Source of the DNA: Lingula anatina
Taxonomy: Eukaryota; Animalia; Brachiopoda
Assembly: GCA_051362555.1 (NCBI GenBank)
Contig: CM120640.1
Coordinates: 60,490,788-60,554,787, forward strand
Length of the DNA stretch: 64,000 nucleotides
Direction of reading: 5' to 3'
Shown: piece after piece, positions 1 to 13,100 of the stretch
Numbering within the stretch: the first letter of the stretch is position 1
Layout: each line of letters opens with the position of its first letter
Position numbers and translations under genes: made by a program
The notes under the pieces: model-generated
Databases searched by the model: none
The model's input: the letters and a program-made list of their open reading frames with translations, nothing else
Told to the model about the DNA's origin: nothing

Positions 1-1780
1 CTTTTCATCTACTACCAGGGTGAATTTGTGTTTGCTTATCAAGTTTTGCCCATCCTTATTAGTCCTATGATATATATCTGGTGGGTAAATAGTGTGCATC
101 CTTGGATCTGAGAAAAAGATACCTACAATTTAACATAGGAATACTAATGGGTGGGTTTCAATTGCTGCTAGAGAGGCATATGGTTCATTATACAATTACA
201 TTTCCATGGGTTTGTTTTAAAAATAATTTATGTTTTTCATTCCATTTATTATTACCCCTATGATGTATACCTGGTCTGTAGCATGTGTGTATCTTTGGGT
301 ATTCTGAAAAAATTCAAGATGTCTGCCTTTTGTCATTAGAATATTCGAACACATAATCAAATAATGCTAGAGATACACTGAGTACGATTTAAATGTAGTT
401 AACTTTGGGTCGTTTTTAAATGTTTTTCATATCCTATTTATCCTTATGAAAGACTCTGTGTGTTTTGAAAGTGTATGTATCCTTGAGTATTATTCGGAGA
501 AAACCCAAGATAGCTGCCAGTTGTCATAGGAATATATCATTCAAATGCACATAGGTGTCAATTAATAGAACAGTTCAAATAAAGCCGTTTGATGTTTAAA
601 CATGTTGACATCCTTATTAACCTTACTCTTTATAAATCTGGTGTGTAGCAAGTGTGCATCTTGCGTATTTGAGAAAATTCAAGATTGCTGCAATTCACAA
701 TAGCCAGAGAAACATTGGGTTCAATATAAATCCAACTACTGCCAGAGAAACATTGGGTTCAATATAAAATGAATTTTGTTTCTCGGTATTTCCCACATTC
801 TTTTTGGACTTTTAGATATCTATCTGGTGGGTAACAAGTGTATACCCTTAAGTATTTTGAAAAAATATCATGATTACCCTCATTTGCCTTAGAAGTGCCT
901 ATAAAATCTAATGCACCAGTTTTCCTATGAGGATTTCCCCAAAATGATAAAATATGGACATTAATTACCTAACAGATATGTGTCATGGGATAATAATACT
1001 AAAAAAAAAACAGAATAACAACTGAATTCAGCTTCATTTTATTTGTAAGCCTATCTCTCGCAGGTATTAACTGAACCCCACCTTCTACGGCTAATGGCAG
1101 CCATTTTGTTTTGTTTTGTTTTCAAAAAGGATACACATAACATTCTCATCACATATGTATTATGTTAATTAAAAAGATGTGGAAAATACTCAGAAACAAA
1201 CCTAATTTAACAATTAATATTATATTAATATTATATCTCCATGGCAGAAGAAGCCCTATGTGTATACTAGTATTCCTTTGATATGGGGGCCATCTTGGAT
1301 TTTTCTCGAATTGCCTATGAATAAAGGTTAGTTACTCCCCACAAATATATTATTTGTGTAATAAGAAACAAAATTAATTAGATAGTGGGCAATGCATCTT
1401 CCTAGTTGGCATTAGTTAGTTGAAAACCCTTGTACATGTTCTAGTATTCCTATGCCCTACGGCGGCCATCTTGGATTTTTCAATAAGTCCAAGGACACTA
1501 GTTTGTTATCTGACACATATGCATAATATGGGTAATAAGGATGTGGAAAACATTGAGAAAATACTTAATTTGATAAAAATCAACATAGATATGTATATAT
1601 TTCTACAAAATTTCACAAATTGGCGGCCATTTTGGATTTTTTGGCCAAACGGTAAATTTTTTCCGTGGGCTACGGCTCTAATTTGATTTAGTATGTCAAA
1701 AGGTACCCACATGCAAAATTTGGTGCTTTTATCCGCTGTGTCACGATTTGGCCATTTTTTTGCCCTAAGCAACCAGACTA
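1..1780. mobile_element. Right part of a degenerate non-autonomous DNA transposon (Academ-like end) built from ~190-bp degenerate subrepeats
   Basis: Recurring CAAGATGGC-like motifs in 1-900 and the inverse GGCCATCTTGGATTTT / GGCCATTTTG motifs in 1090-1760. The block ends ...CACGATTTGGCC...CTAAGCAACCAGACTA (reverse complement starts TAG), which resembles Academ-type termini as I recall them. The left end is outside the window. Confidence 0.4.
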
Positions 1781-2360
1781 AAGGTCATAAATTCGCAAAA
1801 GCAAATGGTCGCCAATGACACAATTATAATAAAAATTTGTCATTACATGGCGCAATTCCAATGAAATCTCAACAGGACTCACAATTAATTGCTAAAATCA
1901 CAAATTGCTTGTTAAAAATTTTAATTTAAAAATTTCAAAAAGTTAGCAGATAAATGTTTATTTAAAGGATGGGGAATTCCTAACAATAGAACTGTGCAGT
2001 ATCAGTTACTATAAACCGGTGTAAAAAGTAAATCTCTTTTTTAGTATGAAATTTCCAAGTCAGTTCCAGTTCTTATATCAGTAGATAAAATATCGCATTA
2101 CTTTGATGCATACTGTACATCATAAATGCCCGTTCACCCTTAGATTTGTTCGCCTTTTTTGTCTAAAAAAGATTGTGTTATAAGTAGATTATTAAGTGGA
2201 ATTCCTAGTAAATCGCCGCTGCTTGCGTGCTTGAAGAAGTTCTGAAATATATTGTGGTTTCTTCTCTGTGGCAGCTTTATAAATTAAACTTATTTTATAC
2301 TTATTTTGAATAATATTATCTGTCTAACATGCAGCCAGTGAAAGTCTTTAGAGACAGGTA

Positions 2361-2780
2361 TAAGATAAGATAAGAATTTATTCAGCCAATTATAAAAAAT
2401 GGAAATTATTTTCCTTTGGAGAAAAGTTTGATAAATATACAAAATAAACGTTATACAAAATACAAATTGAGAATTAGGTTTAAAAAATTAAAATGCGTAA
2501 CTGCACTAGGATAAAAACTGTTTAAAAAACGTTTACTTTCTTTGAAAGTTAAGAGTCTACTGTTGCCATGTAAAAAGGTAAAAAATGGTGATGCTGGGTG
2601 AGAAGAGGAACCCATGATGCTTTCAGTTCTTTTCTCCATTCTATCCTTAACATCACTCAGCTTGGGGAGAAGGGGGGGGTTCCTCCAATAATGTTACTTT
2701 CAATTTTGACAGCATTACTTAGTTTTTTGCGTCCTTCCCTTGTAGTCCTGTTTACCAAATTGTTAGGTGCGTGTGTTCCC
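2361..2780 (-). mobile_element. 3' remnant of a non-LTR retrotransposon (L2/Rex1-Babar-like ORF2 C-terminus plus tail)
   Basis: Minus-strand translation RKKLSNAVKIESNIIG...SSHPASPFFTFL...KRFLNSFYPSAVTHFN fits the post-RT C-terminal pattern HP..F..L...RF.NSF.P.A. It is frameshifted and is followed by AATAAA and a (TCTTA)n tail at 2361-2382. Confidence 0.75.
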
Positions 2781-3773
2781 AACAATCTCCTTTAATTTTT
2801 GTAACTTACCTGAGCTTTTGGATTAAAGATTAAAAAAAAAAACACTATTACAATTAACGTGCCTGGAGGTTATAAAATATGCGTTCTTCAGTTGTAGGTT
2901 TACTTGGCTTTAGTTGGTTTTTTGTGATACCCCAGCTACTAACAGGTTCACTTTATTACGCATCAGAATAAAAAAATACAATGTAAAATGGAAACACTTT
3001 TTGAAAAAAATAGGCCGTCATGAGCTATTGATCACAAAACTAACCCAGTAACTGGCTCTCTAACAAATCTAAGCGTTCAGTTGACGATATACATGTAGAT
3101 TCTGTCACTGACAGTCTAAAAATAAATATTATATCATAGTATTATTAATTTTGTACACGATCAGCATGTTTCCAAGCTTTAGAAATGCTATAAATACCAT
3201 AGAAAAAAAAAAAAACTAAACGGTATATAAATATTTAAACAATATTTGTATTAGTAAATATGAAAAAGTATATGAAACAACAAATTGAGCTTACAAGCAT
3301 TTTACAAATTTAGAATTAATGCCCATTCCTTTTTTTCCAGTCATTTGAATGTCCACATTTTCTGATATTTCTTTCAAGTTTAATTTTTTAAAAATATTTT
3401 TGTATAGGATCCTGTAAGAAAGGCCAAAATATAATACAAATACTGCAATCAATGGAATACGATAGATTCCGGTGCTGACAAATCTTAGCTTTTGGATTAG
3501 TTACAGCGGTAGATCCTAACAGTGACGTGCAGTCTCTCCTCAGATTCCGATGCCCAAGCGTTTTAAAAGAATGCACTGCTATATAAATGATTTTGAGATG
3601 TGGAAACGCAGAAAACCCACTGTGTTAAGTTACAGATGTGATTTAATTAACGAAATAATGTTTCATTTGATTTGGTAACTCGAGAATCGGGAATGTCTGT
3701 CCGGGAAATATCGATGCTGAGAACTAATCAGAGGATACAACAAATGATACCTGCATTACATTCGGTTCGGCTG

Positions 3774-3797
3774 GTGTGTGTGTGTGTGTGTGTGTGT

Positions 3798-3833
<36 letters not shown>
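3774..3833. repeat. Compound (TG)n(AG)n microsatellite
   Basis: Directly visible. Confidence 0.97.
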
Positions 3834-3837
<4 letters not shown>

Positions 3838-4736
3838 TTCATTGAGCGTCTTGAAACAGATATTCAGACAAAAATAAACCAACATTTGAAATATTCTAGA
3901 GTGTCATTTGCCATTATCTAATAGTATTCGTAACCTTGTTGAATTTTCAAACATTCTGACAACACGACATATTTATACAAAAACGTCTACATTCAATCGT
4001 CCCAACTGATAGAATTTAGAGATATTTCAAAATTAGCGACGACTCCGTGCCAATTGGTTGTGATTCAGCTTTTTCTCACAATTAATATTTTTTCTTGGTG
4101 GTAATATAAAAATGTAAAAAGTACACCTTCACAAGAAACAGTTCGCATATCGTTGTATTTCTTAACCAATTACACACAAGCTTTGATACTTAATGGCTTT
4201 TTAAAATATTCATCCATGAAAAGAAACATTTCCTAAGAGTGGCATGTTAACAGATATGGAAGTCCTAAACAGGTTTTAAAATGTTGTATACCTTGGTTTC
4301 TATGAATCAAAATATCTGAAGAAGTTAACTATTTGATATACAAAGTAGTGATGGCGGTTTGGGAGCACCTCCGCGTTTTTACACAATCCAGAAGATTCTG
4401 TTTTCGTCGTTGACGTCTTTTTCTTTGCCCATTCAAAAGTTCTCGAAGGGGTAAAACAGATACAGGTAGCTTTATTCGTAAAAACACCTCTGCCGAAATT
4501 TTCACTGATTTATAGGCGGAAGCATCAAAATATTCACAAATTGTCCAATAATATCCTACATTCATGGAACCAGTAAAAACACACTGATATGCCGACCGAA
4601 CTCAAGCCGAGAATCATGGGCGGTGGCGATAATCGAAACGGGTGCTTTCTGGCAATAAAAGCGTATCACGGAGGATGTCAGACTTGTGAAGAAACAGAGC
4701 GTAGGAAGCGGCGGGTTCCTTTTTGTGCATCCTTAC

Positions 4737-4908
4737 CCCAATCTGTACTCGACCACACACTTCTGTCGCTTTTAACTACACGACAACGGAGGAGGCGCCG
4801 ACATGATATCTTTGAAGAAGCTGTAGCTTTTTGACCTGGCACATGATTCGAATTACAGCGTTTAAAGGATAGGAAATTCTCTTGGTGCAGAAGGCTGCTG
4901 CTCTCCAT
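4737..4908 (-). CDS. Possible first exon of an unidentified gene running left out of the window
   Basis: GCCATGG Kozak context at 4908, open frame MESSSLLHQENFLSF...STDW, and a G|GTAAGG donor at 4736, all in a CpG-rich patch. No recognisable homology and no downstream exon identified. Confidence 0.3.
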
Positions 4909-6688
4909 GGCCCGAGAGGCGCAGTGTGGCCGAGTACGTTATCAAAGGGAACACCTCACGTACCAAAGGTACAAAGAGCGCTCTAGCCTACAGGGCATCG
5001 AGGACAACAACAACACAGATACTTCAAAGGTGGATAGTTTTGTTGTGTTACTCTGAAATGTTCACTTTTTGGGACAAGTATCGAAACTAATATCATATGT
5101 TTACGCCCCCCTAGTGTGAGTGAAAGCTACCTCTCACGGACATGTTAACGCTTGCAGATATTCATGTCACACAGATATAAATTAGAGCAGATTTGACACA
5201 GAAGTCAGCAACATAACCGTTCCTGACGCCACCTGGCATTAAAAAAAACCCTGCTCCTGGTAGCACGACCCGATATCATAGACGCGTGATAAATATTGGT
5301 ATTTATTATTTTGACGTCTAACGAACGCGTTCTTCTAATAGGCATTTGTGGAATATTAAATCTCATGTCAAATATTCACATTTTATCGTTTTTTTTCCTG
5401 CAAAATGAATAGGCGAAAAATTTGGCCTCAAGAGAGAAAATTTGCAATATTAATCATGCAAATAAAGTTGTACATGTAGACCTATTTACTAAGTACATAC
5501 ATATGTCATGTTTAAGGGGAGCATAAGATGTGTCATTAGTAAAGGTCCCTGAAGTGTGTTACATATATTTACCTTGCAGGACCAACTTGCAAAACAAGGA
5601 AGAACCTTATGTGTAGTGACTCATCTTACGATTAATTAAACAGATTTTGAAAAATTAAAAAACATGACTTAGGAAGATTCAACTCTGGCTGAACAGATAG
5701 TAATCGTTTGTCATGTCGTCTGGGTATAGTAGGGGAAGGTGGCGTGGTATGTGTGTGTACGTGTATGGGACTTACTTAGCTGGATAGACAGACTGGATTT
5801 AGGGACCTTACCAACCATCGTGCCACCTCGTTTCTCAAAAACGATTATCCCGAAGTCCTCAACTCATCGACCATCACTCTGTCCATGTTCCAATCTAACA
5901 AACACCCCATTAAAATTTAATGAAATACATTTTTCATTACCTAAAAAAGATGTTACGCACTTTTGGACATTTACACTTGCAATTTTAAAGATGTAAGGAA
6001 GATTTAAAACAATGACATCTCAGTGCACATTATTTTTTATTTGAAACGAGCGCGTACAAACCCCCGTAAACTTTCATTCAGGTCGCAACTTTCGAGTCTA
6101 TCCTTACGAAAAATCCCCTAGCAAGTAAAGATGTGGAACTTCTTCAACATTCTTAAAATTTGCTTTAATTCTAATATTAGCAGAAAAGGGCTGTTAAGGA
6201 CATAAATGCATATCGAATCATACATGAATAAATATTACGTATGCACTGCTACTGGCAAAATTAAGTACCTATGATGGTACAAAGTTAACTAATAAAAGAC
6301 GAAAGGACCCCTTTCGAATACCTTAGTTGTGTCTCCGATTATTGACAAGCACCAATAGTTTACAGGTATATCCGTGTTCAGCACTAGCATAACCCCCTTT
6401 TTCAGCTCCAAAGCCTACGACTAACTTTCGATGAATTGTCTCCAAGCTCAGACCAAACAATAAAACGATCAAATCTCAGATTAGTCATTATCAGCATTTC
6501 TGAGTAAATACGTATACATATAATTGCTGACTGTGCATACAAACAGACCAGTACAAAACTACACAAAACCTAACAAATTATATAATGTAAAGGTGTTTAA
6601 AACAACTTATAACCAGTTAACTCCATACTAAGAATCTGTATGACACGTGAATTCTGAAACAGATATTACCACATTTAAAGTGTCTTAA

Positions 6689-6694
6689 TTTATT
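6689..6694 (-). terminator. Candidate polyadenylation signal of bestrophin
   Basis: AATAAA on the minus strand ~500 nt after the stop codon, near where CpG depletion ends. Confidence 0.4.
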
Positions 6695-7193
6695 TCTTTA
6701 TAACAAAAGATGGGATAGCTATATACAGTAGTAGCTATATCGTTAAGAAATGATAACAGAAATACAACTTATACATTATTATACCAGAGTAAAAAATATT
6801 TTGGGGTGGTACAAATGCTTGGAAATATGTGTACAACATACACTGTAAACATACACTTTTGAAACAGACAATGGGAAAACAGCTGTAAAATATTGTAATA
6901 ATAAAAACACTGACTGGGTTCACAATGTGTAATTAAAATCATTTCTATTTTTTTTTCTTTTCGAAAACATGCATTGCAATCTCCCGAAAAATCTGTAGAA
7001 CACATATGGCTCTAAATAAGATATACCAAGTACACATTCACCTACTGTAAACCACACTGAGACACAGTGGGGTGCCGTGTAAAAGAAAAGTGACTTAACA
7101 TTTTTGAAAATCATACAGTATTACATACTAATGCTGCCGAGAAGATATCAAGATTCAGAATTTCACCTCATTTGTAATATGATTACTGCTTTG

Positions 7194-10100
7194 TCATTTA
7201 AGAAGGCTAGTTGTTTCATTGGGGTCTGTTTCATCATTTTCAGACTGTGAAGCAGGTGGCATGTTTGCTGAAGTTGCTGAATCTTCTGCCTCATCTCGTC
7301 CTGTAAGCAGTGCCATCTTTTCTTCATTCTCAACACTGGGTGCTCCTGGTGTGATATCCTTTTGGATAGATGGATCTAAATCAGTGTGTTCGGTTTTAAT
7401 CGATAACTCTTCTGCTGATTGATCCTCATGTTTTTCTCTTAGATTTTCCGATTCCTCTTTAGGCATGCCTCTCTCCATGTTAGTCAGCCCCACTTCCCCA
7501 GATCCACATCTAGGGTCAGATTGTTTCTCCATTTCATTACTTTCTTCGATGACAGCTTCCAGGACAGTATGAGTGAAGTCTTGGTCAGCTGATCTTCCTG
7601 AGACATCACTAATGTGGGAGATCATGCTGTCAAGCCTATGACTGTAAGGGTCTCTCTGGTTGGAGGGATCATCCTCACCAATGTGAAGCACTGTAGAATG
7701 TTTAGGGAACCGATGCTGGTTCTGGGAGTCCTCTTGCTTCTTTAAAGAATAAAATAAAAATAAGTCAAAAAAACATACCACTTTTTTGGCAAAGTAAAGA
7801 TAACAAAAATTGTGTCTCAAATGCATTGGAAGACCCATGCTCTAGATTTCTATATATTTAAAATTACATAAAAACATCTAATATACACACAGTAGACCTA
7901 AGTCAAAGGCTTCGTTCACATGGAATGTCTATTTTCTAAAAATCTATTTTCTATTCCCGCTATCTTATGATCACGGTCTGTGCCCTGAATATCCCGCGGC
8001 GTAATTACTGGCAGCGCGAGCCAGTTACTTATAGTAACTTATAGTAACTGGCTCGCGTTGCCAGTAATTACGCCGCAGGATATTCAGGGCACAGACCGTG
8101 ATCATAAGACATACCGCGAATAGAAAATAGAATTTAGAAAATAGACATTGCATGTGAATGAAGTGTGCAAAAAGTGCCCGCCAAACATATTTCTATAAAA
8201 GGTGGCAATATGTTTTTCTCTGTAAGGATATATTATTTTTCCAGTAAATCAAATGTAAAACTTACATATCTGAAGTTAATTGCTTTGGAGGTTAAATGCC
8301 AGCAAAAATTAATGACAAACATTGAAAATCACAAAGAACATACAAAGATTACCACCATGAAATAACTGCAGTTAAGACATAAAATTAGTGCAAGTGATTG
8401 TGCTATATAGTTAAATAACCCAGACTTCATGGTTGTCCATTACAAAAGGCATAAATGACCATGCTTTTACATCACGTCACATTTTAAACTTTTTAATTTG
8501 AAAGCCTATTTTAACCTATGACAATTGGGTGGTGTCTCTACTTCACTTTCACTTCAGGCCACTACAGTGTTTTCCTGTACAATGCACAGTATATAGTTAA
8601 ACGTGTAATATTTTGGATATTTCCTTCTGACATTTCCATCCTTATAGTTTGTACAGAATTAAAACCCATTATTTCTTGACCATTATTTTTTGTTCAAAAA
8701 CTGTGTCTATGAAAAGAAAAATAAAAAAAGGACAGGTCATATCCTATGTCATTATATTATTATGGGAACAACAAGCAGGTTTTGTTCTGTGCCACCTTTG
8801 TCCCTGCTCCCTATGTCCAGGTCTGGTTGGTCATATCCTTGCTCATTTTGGCATCCTGCACCAACATCCAGAGCCTCCCCTCCTTACCCTGCTTCCACAG
8901 CAGCACAAACACAGAAAAACTTCTGAATCATACTTTCATCATAAACTGAAGATCATTAGATTTGCATTTGATACATGTGTAAAACCACCAATGCATAAAT
9001 ATCAATGCCTCTTGGTTCAAATTTGAATAGGTTTTAGCTAAGGTCTTAACTTTTTAACAGAACAAATTAAGCAACTAAAATATCTGAAAATTATATTAAA
9101 TCTTCAAAATAAAACCAAGTCTACTCATTTCTATTCAGGGAGCTTATTCAGGTAGCAGGGAAATGGTATCAAGACAATTCCCCCCAGACAATCCCTCCCC
9201 GTAAAGAACATATATATTTATAATCAAACATAAAGTAAAGAGTATAAAGTTCAAATCTTTTTATCTATTTTATGAATATTTCTTAGAGTGATGATGAAAC
9301 TTGGAGAATATTTATATCATTACAAAAATTATTTTATCTCAATTTCATTTTCATGGAGTACAAGTACATAAAATTTTAGAAATAGAAGTAGGGAAAATTT
9401 TAGGAAAAATCTGATCAAAGTATATATCCAGGTAAAGATGGGGTAAACAGATGATCTCACTCATCCAGGTAACCCTTTGATGAATCAACTGTTACTTTTA
9501 ATTAGTTCATCACTCCCCCCTTAATCAAGTTGCCCACCTTCACAAAAGGTGCATCTCTAGGGAGAGGTGGGGTAAACAGATTTTCTCACTTATCCAGGTA
9601 TCCCTTTGATTATGTCACTTTTGATTTCATGAACTCTACCCACTATAGTACCCATCACACTAAAACATTCATAAAATATCTGTTTACCTGTTCATCTGTT
9701 TACCCCACCTTTACCTGGAGGATAAGTGGTTATACTTTGATTACATATTTAATAAAACTTTTTGCACTTGTACTCAATGAAAAAGGAATTTGTTATAAAG
9801 AAATTTCTTAATGATGGAGTTGCATTATCACACTAAAGATATGAATAAAATGGATGAAAAGTTTTGAACTTTACACTCTTTACTGTATATTTGTATATAA
9901 ATATATATTCTTTGGGGAGGGGGGGATTTTCCTGGGGAGGGGTGGTTGTCCAGGGGGAAATTTTCAGGAGGAATTCTCGGGGGGGGGGGGGGGGGGGGGG
10001 GGGGAGTCCTATAATCTAGGGAAATACTTGCCATAACATACATGCTTGACCATTGTTTTCTCCATAAAGTTACAAGCAACAAACCAAAGCAATGATAAAA

Positions 10101-13100
10101 TTATCACATACACAGTCAATATCAAAATGAGCTTTCCCTGGGCCCAATTAATTTTCAGATGTCTGTAAAAAGTGGGTATATCTAAGTATATTTGCCAGTA
10201 GTGATTTGTTTGCAAACATAACCTTTACAAATCATGCATTTTTAGAATTAAACCAATACTTCAAACAAAATGGAGATGGCTTTAGAAATGTAAAATCATT
10301 TTTAATGTTAGAATTATGGACTTTTGAACGTCGAATTCAGATAACTTTACATTAGTTATCTATGAACTGAAAAAAATCCTTTTTACTGAATTTATTATTA
10401 TAATGCATGCAGTGGTGAGGCACCACCATTTTCTCTGTAGTTTTTGAAATGAGCATATATAAAATCATGTTTTTCTCACTCAAATCACATTCAAACATTC
10501 CAAAATAACAAGAATAAGAGAAACATATGTTAATGCATAAATTGGCATTTTTTCATGAATCACCACCCAAAAAAGTGCAAAATGCCAATATTTCCAAGAT
10601 ACACAATGAAAAAGCTCCACACACCATGAATATGAGACAAGTTATATATCATATCAAATTCATACTTCAGATATAGATCAGTATCCACAAGGTCAATTCA
10701 GATTAAATTCTGACCAACAAGCTCTACAGCAAGGTCAAAGTTGGTCATCATATCTTCAACACAATAGATAGAAATAGGTGTGTGATTCATGGAATCATAG
10801 GACTTAGATGACCAGAGAAAGTACAATTAATCCTTTTTAAACGCACAACAGGTCGTTTTCAGTATTCTGTTAGTATTTTGAGGGGGAAAAAGGCTAAAAT
10901 TATCCAAAGTCTTCTTGTGGAAACCAAAGGAACTGAAGACTAATCTGACTAGCAAGCCAAGACATGCCACCACAGCCAAATGATCTATGCCACCCATAAC
11001 TTACAAATAAGACCAATAACATTCTAAATGGTCGGAAAGCATAAGGCAAGCACAACAAGTGCACAGTTTGACTAAAATGTCTGTTGTTTGCTTATAAATA
11101 AGTTTCCACCATACAGAAAATATCTCAATCACACCACCATTTACACTATACACACAAAACCTTGTTAAATATGGTTCATTTTCAAAGCACAGTTGAAGCT
11201 ATAAATACCATATAATCTGTTTTATCTTTTTAAAGACATTGCATTCTATCAAAAACACATTGTTAAAACACATCATCATGTATTCTAGAGACAGACACAT
11301 GCATGGATGGCATATTGTCTCAGAGATTTTACTCCTCAGAAGCACTTTAAGTCAGTTTGGTCAGAACTGATAAGGATATTTACATCATTTCATTATATTG
11401 TGTATTCTGTGGTATGCTATGTTATATTACGGTATGGTATGGTGCAACAGGGTACAGAATAGTATTGTTTTGTCTGTCTGTCTGTCTGTCTGTCTGTATT
11501 CATTCATGAGGTCACTATAACTGGCATGGAAGTCTGTTTACTGTAGCTAATTATAATCTTAACAAATTTAATATAACAACAAGAAACATATAACATTAAA
11601 ATAATAAAACCAACAGTCAACAATAATGAAACAGAAGACCACAATAACAGTTCTGAACTGTACACACATGCTCTGTATTGGCCAGCTCAAGGAAGTTGGA
11701 CACCTTTTGGTAGTAGTTCTGAAACCATGAATGGCACACATCATACTAATAGTCTCAATAAGCCACTGGAAAACAACTGATTTCACTAGCTTTACAACAC
11801 CTACAACAAAATATTACTCAGGAACTGTGCACAGTAAAACCATGCTACTCTTCCTATAGTAAAAAATGTTTTTTACTAAATCACTACTACTTTTGTTTCA
11901 GCAAAATCATAAATTATTACAAATCATATAATTTTTTGACACAAGGTGGAGAATTTTCCTTGATGTATGGCCAATTTGGAAGGCCAGGAGCCTGACTGAC
12001 CAAACTGGCCCCAAGCTAACGGTGATGAAAAAAATTCCAGCTTGTGTCAAACAATTATATGACTTATATTCAAATACTCAGCTAGTAAACATCATTTTTT
12101 GCTCATAAATAATTATCAAAAAATCACAATGCAGTATGCACAGCAAATGTAAGGCAAATCTCAATTACAAAAGGAGTGCTTGTGGAAAACTATTTCTGGA
12201 GACACAACAAAACAAACTGCACACAGACTGTTATATTCTACAAAACAATTACAAAGCAGTATTAGTACAAGACATACCAAGCTCTGGGGTTCAAGTGGTC
12301 TATCATGCACATTACTTTGTCCTGAGGTCTGAGAGTTGCTAGATGTTGTCCTGGAGAGCTGGCGTCTGGGACGCATGTGCCTCGATCGGTTAGAGAAGAT
12401 ACGCTGCATTTTACTAGGGTGACGCCGTCTTATGATACTGGGGGAGGCCTCTTCATCTGGTATGCTGCTACAGGAACCATCTTGCAGAAACTCTGAGACT
12501 TTGGGGGACACACTATGATTGGAATGGTTAATATGTAAAGTTGACATATAGTCTACATGTATTTTTCTTTGTTGTTTTAAGTCACTTCTAAGAATAATCT
12601 TAATTTTCTTTAGCTATTTTAAATTTAAAAAAATTTTTTATTTTCTATCGCATAAGAACATGGCACAAAAGAATTGATAGTATCCAACAATACTATCTGC
12701 TATGCTTGATGCAAAGTATCAAAAATGGTCAAGTTAGAATGGCTTGTCAGAATTGAAATATGTGCTTACACCAAGTCAATTGCAGATCCCAAGTGTGGCT
12801 CCACTTTAAACTTCTCAGCAGCTGCTGTGTATGGCAAGTCAAACTCCACCTTCTCCCAGTAGACATCTTTGTCCATCTCAGGCAGTGTACCATGGAGCTC
12901 CACAGCCAACATGGATAACTGCAGGACCGTGTGTTTGTATATATATATATATATATATATATGCATTTATGATAAGACTAATTATTAACATTTATGTTAG
13001 TGATCGTCATGGAGCTCTTGGACTGCACTACTTTTGTCAACATGCAAATCTAGGTTCTCCTCTTTCACATGATGACCTTATGTAGGTGAAAACTTCCCAT

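Noticed and set aside
9828-10082. Poly-Pro/poly-Gly ORFs
   Set aside because: Produced by the poly-G run at the end of a fold-back repeat.
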